This document shows positions 28,421-41,444 of a DNA stretch of 64,000 nt, piece by piece (positions within the stretch are counted from its first letter, which is position 1; every line of letters starts with the position of its first letter). This DNA comes from Octopus vulgaris (Eukaryota). Under the pieces are notes generated by a model that saw only the letters and a program-made list of their open reading frames with translations, was not told the DNA's origin and ran no database searches. Where the stretch lies: assembly GCA_951406725.2 (NCBI GenBank), contig OX597820.1, forward strand, positions 78,492,001 through 78,556,000. Reading direction: 5' to 3'. A program made the translations under genes and the position numbers.

Positions 28421-28728
28421 AGTGGAGGCACAATGGCCCAGTGGTTAAGGCAGCGGACTCGCGGTCGGACGATCGCGGTTTCGATTCCCAGACCTGGACG
28501 TTGTGTGTGTTTATTGAGCAGAAACACCTAAAGCTCCACGAGGCTCCGGCAGGGGGTGTTGGCGACCCCTGTTATACTCTTTTGCCACAACTTTCTCTTA
28601 CTCTCTCTTCCTGTTTCTTGAGTAACGCTGTGATGGACTGGCGTCCCGTCCAGCTGGGTGGAACACATACGCCACAGATACCGGGAAACCGGACCCTTGA
28701 GCCTGTCTAGGCTTCAAAAGGGCGACGT
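28421..28728 (+). mobile_element. tRNA-derived SINE family C, body type 1 (OR-type octopus SINE-like)
   Basis: tggcccagtgg A box and gtttcgattccc B box; body contains gtgatggactggcgtcccgtccag. Confidence 0.75.
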
Positions 28729-28943
28729 AACAAATACATAAACAGACAAAACATGAGCTCATTCACAATTTATATCACTAAACACATATACACACACCTA
28801 AATGCACTCTAAAATATATTTCATAATTATGTATACATACATCTATACAGACGTATAGATTAGACGCACAGCAAGTATATTCATAAACATAACATATTTT
28901 CGGGTTTTTCTCTCACATGCGCACACATTTCTAGTAGATAAAC

Positions 28944-29116
28944 TGCATATCGCCATCGTCTTTTGGAGTATTTTATTTAAAGTATAGTACATTCATATGG
29001 AATCGAGGACTTGAGTATAGATTGGGCAAATGGACGACAAAAACAAAAGTATGACTCTATACTTAAGAGGTTCGCTTTGCAACTTACATGGTTTCGTAAA
29101 CCGTAAATAGGAATAT
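28944..29116. repeat. Unclassified dispersed repeat, copy 2
   Basis: Matches 22467-22641. Confidence 0.8.
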
Positions 29117-30645
29117 CACAGCATAATGCCTGTGCAGGCAAGTGCGATTTCAAACACCCCATTTCACTAGTAGACAGAATGATGATACTTAATGTGGAGC
29201 TCTAAACATACCAATTGCAATTGCATATCTAAATTTAGACACACACGCACTATATATGTATAATATACAAATATATACATATATAACATATATATATATA
29301 CACATATACATATATATATATATATATATACATATATATATGTACATATATATATGTACATATGTACGTATGTATATGTATATATACATATATATATATA
29401 TGTATGTATATATACATATATATATATATGTATATATACATATACATACACGCATACATATATTTACACGCACGCACGCATGCCCGCACACACATGTATA
29501 TGTGTGTGTGTATAAAGAAAGTGAGAGAGAATGGGAGGGAGGAAATTTGCATAAAGTCGCGATAAAGAAATATATGATGAAAGAATACAGTAGAAATGAG
29601 CGTAAACATGTTCTAACCATTATCTCTCGTCGAACACATATCATAACTGTGTGTGTGTGTGTCTGTCATGTGTGTGAGTGTGTGTGTGTGTGTGCGTTCT
29701 CAGTTAAAAAAAAACTTTGACATCGCATGAGAAGCACAAGAACCTGATCGATAGCCATAAACCGCACAATATCCTATTTTAGTTTCACCGAAAATATAAT
29801 TTCCAACAGACACACAACAAACTTGTCGGAAGGAATGCTCGGTTATATGAATGGCAATATTTTACTGGAACTTATTCTATCCACCCAAGAATAGCGATAA
29901 GCAAATTTGACTTAATGATATGAAATCCAATTTGACGAAATAATATAGCAAAATGAATTTCGTCTGCTTCTCCCTTTTCTGTCAACGACCGACCTTTTTC
30001 CTAAAAGAATAATCTGACCTGTATTATTCTTTATTCCTTACACATCAACACAATCCTCTACACGCTATAATTCATTCATTGTTTTGATTGAATTTCTCTT
30101 TTGCGAAGTTATACGTTTCGCCAAACGATATCGATTTCTCACACTGGCACAATTTGTCAGAGAAGTTATTTGTATTGTTGTCTCCTGAGAGATGGGAAGC
30201 AAAATAAAACCTGGCAAGATTTTAATTTAAGTCATCGAAGAAATAAAATCTATTCACGACTGTTTTTAGCCCAGATCTGCAGCATATCTGTATCACCAGT
30301 TTTGTTCCTTCTGTGGAATGATAATATGTTATTGTAATGTCTGTTCATCTGTATTTCAAATGAATAGATGTAATTCATGTTGGACTGAGTGATGCTGTGC
30401 AGTAGAGTAAGATGGCGTGTTTTTCATAGCAATGAATATGAAATACATCATGTAACTGACATTGAATGTGTATACCAAGAAAAAAATCATAATGCTAAAA
30501 ATTTTACTTTACACCTGGGTATATGTAATAACTACGTAGGCTTGGAAAAACCGGGTATATTTCTCTATCAGGCTCAGTTTTAATGAATTATGTAAGTTTA
30601 TATATATGTACGTGTGGGTGTGTGGGTGTGTATGTGTGCGTGTGC

Positions 30646-30679
<34 letters not shown>

Positions 30680-30689
30680 GTGCGTGTGC

Positions 30690-30724
<35 letters not shown>

Positions 30725-30826
30725 TATATTTACATATATATACATATGTATTTATATTTATAGGAATATAGGTACGCATAGATATATACACAAATGCATT
30801 CATACATATATGTGTGTTTGTGTACA

Positions 30827-30864
<38 letters not shown>

Positions 30865-30865
<1 letters not shown>

Positions 30866-31500
30866 TCTATACTGGTTTCTTCCTCGATTCTTCTCTAATT
30901 CTCTTTTTCTCCTCCTCTCTCCTTCAACGTTTTCTATCTGTCTCTCTACCCCTCTTTCTCTTTTTTCTTTATTTTATATTTCTCTTGTTGCTCACACGTG
31001 ACCATCATCCATCTTTCTTTTCCTCGCGTGACCATCGTCCATCTTCCTTTCCCACACGTAACCATCTTTCTTTTCCTACACTGACATTCAAAAGAACGGA
31101 CGTGTTTTTTTCCCTCTCTCTTCTATCTTTTTCTCTTTTCAAACAATTTTTTCTCCCAGTGTTCACTATTTTCCTCTCGTTCTGGTCTAACTACCCTCTA
31201 TGTTTCTTTTCGTTCGCTTTCCCTGTATGTCTCCACTGTCATGTTTTTGTTCCCAACTTTGACTCCGCAGAAATCCGAAATTTTATGTTAGAATTTATGA
31301 GAGCAACTGTTTTTGAATACTCATATTGTCTTTGAATGCTCGAAATGAGGAACAGATAAACAGCCGACAACTGATGAAGGATCCTTTCTCTGTGTTTACC
31401 TGTCCTGTTTTCAATTTTTTTCTCGTTTACGTATTCAAGTCGTTTGTTTACGTATTTCATGTTATTTGCACCGTTGGTGACGTCCTGTAACCGTATATGT
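30865..31500 (+). repeat. Pyrimidine-rich repeat, probable PLE 3' UTR/pLTR remnant
   Basis: Shares gacaRctgatgaa...ctgtgt...tgtcctg and the terminal gtcctgta motif with the reverse complement of 33440-33900; contains a decayed HHR-like frame. Confidence 0.45.
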
Positions 31501-31736
31501 GCGTGTATAAATAGAAGGTTGCAATGTTTCACCAAAACAGAATTATAATAGTCATTAAATGTGACTAGGGAGTTTAAAACACCTATATTACTAGAAATAA
31601 GAACTACACTTCCGTAATGCTGTGGTTAACACACATGTCTGAAAACATATAAACTAGCAGAGACCAAGGTTGTCCGGAAAATACCGACCAAGAATTCGGA
31701 GAAGACTTACTGACGTCATCTCTATCTATCTACCTA

Positions 31737-31786
<50 letters not shown>

Positions 31787-31839
31787 TCTCTCTCTCTATC
31801 TATCTACGTATCTATCTATCTATCTATCTATTTATCTAC

Positions 31840-32612
31840 CCTTTTATTCTTTTACTTATTTCAGTCATTTGACTGCGGCCATGCTGGAGCACCGCCTTTA
31901 GTCGAACAAATCAACCTCAGCACTTGTCCTTTGTAAGCCTAGTGCTTATTCTATCGGACACTTTTAATGGACCGCTAAGTTACGGGGCCGTATACACACC
32001 GACATCGGTTGTCAAGTGATGATGGGGGACAAACAGTCTTACAACGTATATATATATATGTATATATATATACTCTCTCTTTTACTCTTTTACTTGTTTC
32101 AGTCATTTGACTGCGGCCATGCTGGAGCACCGCCTTTAGTCGAGCAAATCGACCCCAGGACTTATTCTTTGTAAGCCCAGTACTTATTCTATCGGTCTCT
32201 TTTGCCGAACCGCTAAGTGACGGGGACGTAAACACAGCAGCATTGGTTGTCAAGCAATGCTAGGGGGACAAACACAGACACGCAAACACATACATACATA
32301 TATATACATATATACGATAGGCTTCTTTCAGTTTCCGTCTACCAAATCCACTCACAAGGCATTGGTCGGCCCGGGGCTATAGCAGAAGACACTTGCCCAA
32401 GATGCCACGCAGTGGGATTGAACCCGGAACCATGTGGTTGGTTAGCAAGCTACTTACCACACAGCCACTCCTGCGCCTATATATATATATAGCGGTTCGG
32501 CAAAAGAGACCGATAGAATAAGTACTGGGCTTACAAAGAATAAGTCCTGGGGTCGATTTGCTCGACTAAAGGCGGTGCTCCAGCATGGCCGCAGTCAAAT
32601 GACTGAAACAAG

Positions 32613-32615
<3 letters not shown>
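31840..32615. mobile_element. SINE family A cluster: 31840-32035 (-), full-length 32071-32477 (-), 3' fragment 32490-32615 (+)
   Basis: 32490-32615 is a near-exact reverse complement of about 32091-32215, indicating young copies. Confidence 0.85.
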
Positions 32616-32663
<48 letters not shown>

Positions 32664-32697
32664 GAATGTATATGTATATGTATATATATATATATAT

Positions 32698-33245
32698 AGC
32701 AATTAAGGGTAAAACTAATTAATTACGAAGTAATCAATAAATTTCACCAAGTAGAATTCAGTATGAAAACAGGACCGTTATACGGTAATTTCTAGTAATA
32801 CTAATATTGAGGGGTCAGCAAAAGAAATGCATCACCACATACCGAAGTTCAGAAATAGCAGCCACAATTTAAGCCATTTCTTCTACTTAAATAAAGGCTC
32901 TACCAGAGAAACCATAATACTTGAATCTTATTCATCCAGGCAGAGGGTAACGTAACAAAAATCAATCAATATCCGATTATCCATAGACGCGCGTTTCGGA
33001 ATCAGGATTTAAGTAAAGAATATCCAAAAATATAAACTTTACTAACCACATTCCTCTTCCTACTGATAATCGGATATTGATTGATTTTCGTTACGTTACC
33101 CTCTGCCTGGATGAATAAGATCCAAGTATTATGGTTTCTCTGGTAGAACCTTTTTTTAAGTAGAAGAAATGGCTTAAATTTTGGCTGCTATTTCTGAACT
33201 TCGGTATGTGGTGATGCATTTCTTTTGCTGACCCCTCAATATTAG

Positions 33246-33247
<2 letters not shown>
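32698..33247. mobile_element. PLE-type end with a roughly 183-bp inverted repeat (32799-32981 / 33065-33247)
   Basis: Arms are reverse complements with few mismatches; the spacer carries an HHR-like remnant on the - strand; (TA)n flanks. Confidence 0.7.
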
Positions 33248-33277
<30 letters not shown>

Positions 33278-33439
33278 ACAAAACTGGGAGGAAGGGAAGT
33301 GGGACGAAACGACGAATCGAATCGACCCTGACGCGAATGCGCTGTCAGACAATAATGTAATAAATAAAATATATGCATGCATAGAAACATATATGTACGT
33401 ACCTACATCTACATGTATATATACATGCATATATAAATA

Positions 33440-33900
33440 TATTTACGTGAGTACAGGACACTGCAACTAGACGTAGAACTCAACGAAAAACGAAAACGGA
33501 CAAGCCATATTTTTACAACAAAAAAACAGAGACGAAACGGAAACGGGAAAAACATTTTTTACAACAGAAAAACAAGGTACAGGACAAACCACACAGGAAA
33601 AATCCCCAGTTCATCAGCTGTCTCTAGCTAACTCAAGCGTGTTTCGAAGGATAAAACAGGACACGACTCGTCAACTAGTCCTTCATTGCGAGAGAATTAA
33701 AATAAAATTGCCTCGCATAGGGGCAAAAACAGACAAGAAAAACATGTGACGAAAACAGGACGTAAAAACGATACAAATGCAAAATAAAATACACGATAAA
33801 AATACACGTACAAGAAAATACAAAACGAGAAATAAAAAGAAAATACAATACGAGAAATCAAAAGACAAGAAAACAAACGAGAAAAACAAAATGCTTTTTC
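33440..33900 (-). repeat. Repeat related to 30865-31500 (probable PLE 3' UTR remnant)
   Basis: Shared motifs; gaagga...tccttc-GAAA stem on the - strand. Confidence 0.45.
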
Positions 33901-34258
33901 TTGTATGTATGTATGTATGTATGCATGTATGTTTCTATAAACGATAGAAACCTAAATTGCAAATAATTAGATTTTAGAAGTCGGAGTATATTCCAGTATA
34001 TCCCAAAGAAGTCTGTGAGGAGAGCTCGTCTGATAGTCTGGTTTATATTTGTTTCAGTTCAGTAATTGGATAAGTCACAGTATCACGGAGTAAAACATGT
34101 AGGAAGCAAACGAAACGGAAGAATTCGTTCATATAATATTTAGTCTATATTACTTTGTTTCAATTTTATACACACGCACACATACACATATATACACATG
34201 TACATATCTATATAAATACATACATACATATATATGCCTATATATATTTACAGGTATC

Positions 34259-34313
<55 letters not shown>

Positions 34314-34337
34314 CCATATATACATACATATATGTTT

Positions 34338-34373
<36 letters not shown>

Positions 34374-34792
34374 CTGTGTGCGTGCGTGCGTGTGTGTATG
34401 TTTATAAGATCCAGGAATCGTGATGTAAGAAGAAAGTTAGCTTCAAGCAATCCGTATTAAATATGAAAAAGCAAAATTCAGGGACACTAGTGGTTTATTG
34501 AGACGGAAGACTGACTTTTTTTGTTTTCTTCGTATCGAAGAACAACTATAAGCTGAAAAAAAGTTCTTCTATTCCACGGTAGGCGACCAGGATTGCCGGG
34601 TGTGCGAATAAGAATACAAGAGTTACGGAGCATATGTATGCATGTATGTATGTATGTATGTATGTATGTATGTATGTATGTATGTATGTATGTATGTATG
34701 TATGTATGTATATATGTATGTATGTATGTATGTATGAATGTATGTATGTATGTATGCATGCATATATGTATGCATTTATATATATATGCATA

Positions 34793-34840
<48 letters not shown>

Positions 34841-35337
34841 TGCATGTATCTGCATGTTCTCATTTGCTTTTAATTAATTGAAGTCTTCCTGTTAGAAAGG
34901 AGCTCTAAGAAAGATATGAAGTTCTAACGTTAGAATGTAAATACAAAACCAGAATCATTTTGGAGTTGAGAAAAGTCTTTGCACATTTTTACTTTTCTGT
35001 TTAGAAATTGTATTTGTAATGTGCGTAATTTTATTTTGTTGAAAAATCTTATTTTTCAGACTGTTGCTTAGGCTTTGGTTCACATAACCAAGTGTACCAT
35101 TAACCATTTATTATTGGTATAAATGTGTATTTATATTTTGGGTATAAAACTGAATGTTGTGAAGCATTTACCCGCAGCTATCCTCACCTTCTTTTATATT
35201 CGTAGGGATATTCACAAGAGCAGGGCAGTTGACTTCTATGACGGTACATACACTTTTTCATTTGGCCCAAAATAACAATATCCGCCCTGGTACGGTTATA
35301 CTTGTTATATTTTCCATGTTTACGTATTATTACCTTG

Positions 35338-35530
35338 CAGTTGTTTCAGTCACTAAACTGGTGCCATTTTAGGACAGCGCCTTAAAAAGTTTTACTCGAG
35401 GGAATCGAGCCCAGACCTATATTTGTCAGTTTGGTACGTATTTTACGGTACTTTTTTCGTGGGTGCCGATCTGCTAAGTTATGTGGGCGTAAACACACCA
35501 AGTTTAGTGGGGACACAAATAGACACAAAT
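35338..35530 (-). mobile_element. SINE family A, diverged 3' fragment
   Basis: ttgtttcagtca...gctaagtt...ggggacaca matches the family A 3' half. Confidence 0.6.
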
Positions 35531-35543
35531 ACAACACACATAA

Positions 35544-35607
<64 letters not shown>

Positions 35608-35660
35608 ATGTGTGTGTCTATGTGTGTGTATGTATGTATATATACACACATACATACACA

Positions 35661-35717
<57 letters not shown>

Positions 35718-36250
35718 GTGTGTATATATATACTATTGAAAATGAAGTACAATCTTGCTTGCTTGCAATGTTACACCGCCAAATTGTCGCATAATGGGAA
35801 AATACTTTGAAAGTAAAATGCGCATTAAATGTGACTTTCCAAAAATTATTTTACAATGAGGTTACGAGCGGATCTTTTACGAAATATTTACCGTATTTTT
35901 AAAGTCATTTTCACTTTAAAATATTTTTAAAATATGCCAAAAAATTTTTTAATGGTATTCACTTGAAAATAATTTTAAAAGAAACATTAAAATATTGTCT
36001 GTTTAAAGAAAGCTAAAATATAAACACAATGTTCTTCTACCCGAAAGATTTGCTATTTTATCGGCTTGCAATTCGGCAGCACTTTCGTCTTTTATCATGC
36101 CAACATTAATCAGTCATCATCTACTTATCAGTTAATGATAATGTTGAGTAAGAACAAGTGTTATGTAGTCGACAGTAAGTTTAATTATTAGAGAATGGAC
36201 GCAACTATGGCTGTGTGGTAAGATGGTTACTTTCCAGAAGCCTACTTCCC

Positions 36251-38315
36251 ACTGCACATGTGTTGCTGTCAGTGTGCGCATGCGTTGTTGTCAGCGTTGT
36301 GCGTATCACCGAAAGAAGTGGCCAAACTGTATACAGCTGGTGAAAAAAGCTGAATTGTAAGGTCTTTTGTGTTTTGGGCCAGTGGGGGTTTGTTGTTTGT
36401 GGTAATTATTTTGGTACAAGCAAGAGGTCCTCACTGGATTCTAAACTCTGGTCTGCCTTCAGTTGAATGGTTCACGTTAAGTGAATATTTTTTTCTCATT
36501 TAATTGTGAGAGTTGTTGCTTGTGGGCGTATCGTGCCTCCTAAAAATTTGTTCACTTTTTGTGAATTTTTTAAATAATTGTGAGAATTGCTGTTTTGGGG
36601 GAGTGTCTTTGCCTCCGAAGATTGAACGACTTGTATACCAGTTTTTGTGGAAGTTGTATCCCAGTTGTGGTGTTTCGGATTCTTTTTTCGTGAATTGTTT
36701 TCTTTTCTTCCTTCCATTTTATTGTGATTTTCTTTTGATTTCTTTCTTATTCTTTTAAGGTTTTATATTGATCTATTTTCGAACTGTTATTACAAAAGAA
36801 AACATGGCAATGAAAAAAGACAATGATTTTGAATAGGAAATTATACCACACAACAGTGGTTGAAAGACCTTGAAGAGAGGACGGTGGTGTTGAGGACTTA
36901 CTCCAAGTCGCTCGACACCATCGCTCTATTTGAAAAGAGTAATTGAAAAGGAGTTGGCAGAGTATCTGCCAACTATGAAATTCATTTCCAGGGGTGAGGT
37001 CAAATACGCAAGGATGTGGTTATTTGACACTCCTGAAGAGGCTCGAAAATTTGCGAGCCAGCCCTTAGAGGGCAAAGAAAGTTTGTTTCTTCCCACGTTT
37101 TGTTTGAAGATATTGACAAGAGCTTGGGTCCGCGGGTTGCCACCCGGGATAAAACCCGAGTGGATATAGGAGACTATCCGCCGGGGTCTGGGTGGCAGCG
37201 GAACCAAGGTCCTTAATGTGAAAGTTTTTTCTGCGTCTGATTGGGTTGGGTCAAAAGCTGTTTTTATCCTGTGAATCCAATCAGCAAATCATTATTTGAA
37301 AATGGCGGGGTGCAGGTACCTGGTGATTCTTGAGGGTCGCACCCCCAGGTGTTTTCGGTGCCTGGAGCCTGACCATAAAAAAACTTATCCCAGGAACAAA
37401 GTAGGGTCCTGGAGCAGTTGGTTGAGAACTGTGTAGAAGAGTGAACGAAGGGGGTCGAGGAGACGGAGGGCTCCTCAAAGAAGGGCCACAAGAGGAAGAA
37501 GGTGAGCAACAATGAGTGCTCTCCGAAGGATCCTAGGGATGAGGGAGAGGAGGTGAATCTCCCGCTCACGGAGGAGACGCACCCTCTCTCAGGTGAGAAG
37601 AAAAAAAGAGGAAAAGGAAGAGGAAGAGAAACGAGACATTGCCGGCAGTCGGTGACATAGTACCGGAATGTCCAGGAACCCCGTCAGTGGGGGTTGTGCC
37701 ACTGGTAGGGGAAGAGATACTGTCGGTGGAAATTGTGCCGCCGACAGTAGAAGTGACGACCTCATCCCCGGGGGAAGACGAATTATTGGTCTTATTCTAC
37801 AGAGGCGGAGATGTGGAAAAGGTGTTGGAAAAACACCATTAGGGAGTGCCTTTAGCCTGCACATGGGAACCCGAATGGCTTTCGCAGATAGCTGTGGAGA
37901 TCATAACGTTGCACGTGTTGCGTACGCTGCTGGTACTCAACGAGGAATATCGCTTGTGGCCGGGCGGTGCTGACAGGCACCCGCCTTGCGCTTGAAGGAG
38001 GCGTGGGGGATGGCGGAGAATGGAGTCACAAGCGATGTTGAGGAAGAATATGGATAAGAGGTTGAAAAACCTCAGTGTTATTGAAAGTTCCTAGTGCCTC
38101 ATTTTGTTATTGAATTGTGAACAGTGTAAGAAGTTTGCTGCCTCATGAATAACATAAGAGATCAATGGTCTCGGAAAAAAAAACGATTGGCGGGCGTCGT
38201 ATTTCCCCCCATTAGTCATCATTTTCATTTTTCATTTCAAATAACATTATATCTGTGTCCAGCCCGCAGTTTCCTATCTCTATGTAAGGCCTTTATGGCC
38301 AATATAATGAAATAA
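36251..38315 (+). mobile_element. Non-autonomous ORF1-only (gag-like) non-LTR element A, inserted in a SINE head
   Basis: Decayed ORF with LPTMKFISRG...FDTPEEARKFA...LFLPTFC...VRGLPPGI and VILEGRTPRCFRCLEPDH (knuckle); no RT; ends aataaag; flanked by agaagcctacttc / agaagcttgcttc. Confidence 0.75.
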
Positions 38316-38454
38316 AGAAGCTTGCTTCACAACAACATCGTTCCGGGTTCAGTCCCATTGCGTAGCACCATGGGCGAGTGTCTTCTACTATAGCCTCAAG
38401 CAAACTAAACTTTTGTTAGTGGATTTGGTAGACAGAAACTGAAACGAAAACCGT

Positions 38455-38552
<98 letters not shown>

Positions 38553-38730
38553 TGTCCGCCACCAGCGTCTGACACCTGATGCTGGTGTGGGTACGTACCC
38601 GTAACATAGCGGTCCGGCAAAAGGGGTTTGATAGAATAAGTATCAGGCTCAAAAATCGATTCATTCTCTAAAGATTCTTCAAGGCCGTGACCCAGCATGA
38701 CTGCAGTCTAACGACAGAAACAAGAAAACG
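38316..38730 (+). mobile_element. SINE family A whose first bases lie at 36207-36235, split by element A
   Basis: tggctgtgtggtaag lies upstream of the element; agcttgcttc...gttccgggttcagtccc and the rest of the SINE lie downstream. Confidence 0.8.
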
Positions 38731-39197
38731 ATAGTCAAAGAGCACAAAGTAAAATCTGGTGTTCTGTAAGGGTGGGATCATACCAGATGATAACTAATCT
38801 TATTAATTTTCCCAAAGCTAGAGCGAGAGACGATTCCAGACACGTTTTGTTCCACCTGAAGCTCTATACCGGAATTGCCGTCGGCTTGTAATTTTCCAAA
38901 TTATTAACGATGAAATCGCTAAGTAATCTTAAAGAATTAGATTTATTTATGTGAATTAATTACTAAAAAGTGACAGATATCCTTTCTAGACCGATTAAAT
39001 TTTAGATAAGACCTGACAAAGTACGGAATTATTCATTATATTTGAGACAAATTGGTCCGATTCCTTTTATAAATCGAGCTGCGGATACGCGCGACATAAT
39101 TACATTATTTTAAACTGATGACTCATTTATGTGTATGTTTGTCTGTGTGGGTGCGTGAATTCTGCTTATGAAATCTTATCAATATAGCGTGAGTCGA

Positions 39198-39400
39198 AGG
39201 CGGCCAGCCAGCAGAATCGTTAGTATGCCGGGAGCAATGCTTAGCGGCATTTCATCCGTCTTCACGTTCTAGTTTCTAATTCGATTTTGCCTCTTATCCT
39301 TTCGGGGTCGATAAGATAAGTTCCAGTTGCGCACTAGGTTCGATATTATCGAGCTACGTCTCCCCAGAAACGGTTGGCCTTGCGCCGAAATTTGAAATCA
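39198..39400 (+). mobile_element. SINE family B
   Basis: aggcggccagccagcagaatcgttag head; tcctttcggggtcgata core. Confidence 0.7.
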
Positions 39401-39459
39401 ATATAGGGTGACTCTACCTTCTTGAAAGATTATAGCCATCTTTTCTCACATAACATCTG

Positions 39460-39775
39460 GGCATTGTTATGTGGTTAAGGTTCTCACTTTGCCACCATGT
39501 CGTTTCAGGTTCCGTTCGACTGTGTATCATGAGTCCAGCATTGCCTGTCAGAGAATTTGTTATACAGAAATCTTGTGGAAACTTGTCGTGTGTGTGTGTG
39601 TGTGTGTGCACGCATAACTTTGTGCTTGTTTACGGCCTTTTAACAAAGCGGTTCGGCATTAATGTCCCATAGAATAAATAGCAGGCTTTAAAAATAAGTT
39701 CTATTTGTTCGGCTAACTCCTTGGAAGACGGTGCTCAGGCATGGCCATAGTCTAATGACTATAAGAAGTATAAAG
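39460..39775 (+). mobile_element. SINE family A, diverged
   Basis: Degraded head; gcggttcggca and ggtgctcaggcatggcc motifs. Confidence 0.6.
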
Positions 39776-40694
39776 GAGAGATGGCTTCAAGATGACGAGA
39801 AGCCGAAAAGTCGAGAAAACAATGGAGAGATTAAACAGAGACAACAACACGACTGGCAGCACAAACATTTCCAGTTACTACTTACGAAGAAAAAAAATGA
39901 ATGAAACAAAGACATTGCTGAACCAGACATAAAATAAACGACAATATCAGACAGGATAACAGAGAATAAATGGAAAATCATGGAGTGAATTGGCTGTCTG
40001 TAGCATTACTACATTTATTTCCTGGGAAAATGAAAGCAATTGTTTCACAAATACCGAAACGAAAGTATTAAAGCTTCTTGATAAGACGTACGTTCATTCC
40101 CTTGTTGCACTTAAAAAATATATTCCGAACGACAAATTTTCCCTCGACATTTCTACTTTAACTTCTTCAGATGTTTCGGTAATTTTATCAGCTTGAATTT
40201 CTTTTCGATGTTTCTCTTTTATGTCGATTGATTCACAGCAGCTGCACCTCCTATCGGACCTGTAAAACATTTCGTCTCTCAGACAAGTGGACGGCTTTCG
40301 CTACACAACTTTCATATCATTAATATTTCTTTGCGATAAAATTTTCATAGAAAATTCCCCATCTCACAAAAGACTTTGACAATTAATAATGCTCTTAAAA
40401 GCCATGTTCTTAAAATTGACTCTTATTTGTTTATTTATTTATTTCGTTTCACATTCAAAATGGTTGCGTGGAATGAAGTTGTTACAGCTGCATCTGTTGT
40501 TATTATTATTTTTGCTTAGCCCCAGGTAAAATTCTAAGCTCAAAGAGTTCCAGTCGTAACTACGCTATGCTAGGACACAATAACCGCCTAAGCAGGCCTA
40601 ATGCAGATACGAGTAGAATATGAGAACCGGTATTAAAGAAGGATACAAAAATATTAGGTTCATAAGTCATAAAATTCACCCTGTAATTGACCAT

Positions 40695-40955
40695 GGGCAT
40701 ATAGCGTAATGGTCAAGAGCGTTGGCTACTAACCCCAAGGTTCCGAGTTCAGTTTCAGGCAGTGAATAGATAATAATAATATCAGCAAAAAATACGATAG
40801 AAATGAGAGCCCAGGATTGGGTTCAAAATTCCGCCAGGACATCCGATGAAGGCTGGAGAGTAAATCAGCCGAAATGTTGTGGTAACAACAAACAAGATGA
40901 GGACACATATCCGCCCAATGTAAATAATGTATAGAATTCCTCACCTCAAATATTC
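40695..40955 (+). mobile_element. tRNA-headed SINE-like element carrying a hammerhead motif (family D)
   Basis: tagcgtaatgg A box, gagttcagtt B-box-like, (aat)n, then an HHR-like frame at 40838-40883; homologous to 56062-56432. Confidence 0.7.
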
Positions 40956-41037
40956 TTTTTATCATTCCAAATAATAAAATCAAAGACCACATTACCACAT
41001 TCTACCTATTTTATGATGGCAATGTCTAGCACAGTTT

Positions 41038-41285
41038 CTCGTGCTGGTGTTTGTTCCTTCTTGAGTTATGCCTGGCTCATTAGTTCCGGTTTCCCGGTTT
41101 CACTGCCGGATAGTTTCCCCACCCGGACGAGACGCCGGTCCATCACAGATGAGCTGCTACATGCAGGAAGAGAGAGTGAGCCGGAGCCGCGTGGGGCTTA
41201 GGTGTTTCTCTCATAAATACACATATTACCCAGTCTGAGATCCCACGACCGCGAGTCCGCTGATCTAACCATGATGCCATGTGCA
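41038..41285 (-). mobile_element. SINE family C, body type 1, diverged
   Basis: Reverse complement aligns with 28421-28728. Confidence 0.7.
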
Positions 41286-41444
41286 TAGTGGACGCTTCTA
41301 AATTTTCCATGGACTCCCTCAGAGCCATATTTCATTGAACCTAAAAAGAGAATGTCGGTTGACGCAGGTATTTTTTCCTACTCAGACCGTAACTAGGCGA
41401 AAGGACTTTTACATTCTAATTTTTCCTTTTTGTTATATTTGTTT

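Noticed and set aside
28421-28495. tRNA gene (also the heads at 40695 and 56295)
   Set aside because: No complete cloverleaf, and each continues into a repeated SINE body.
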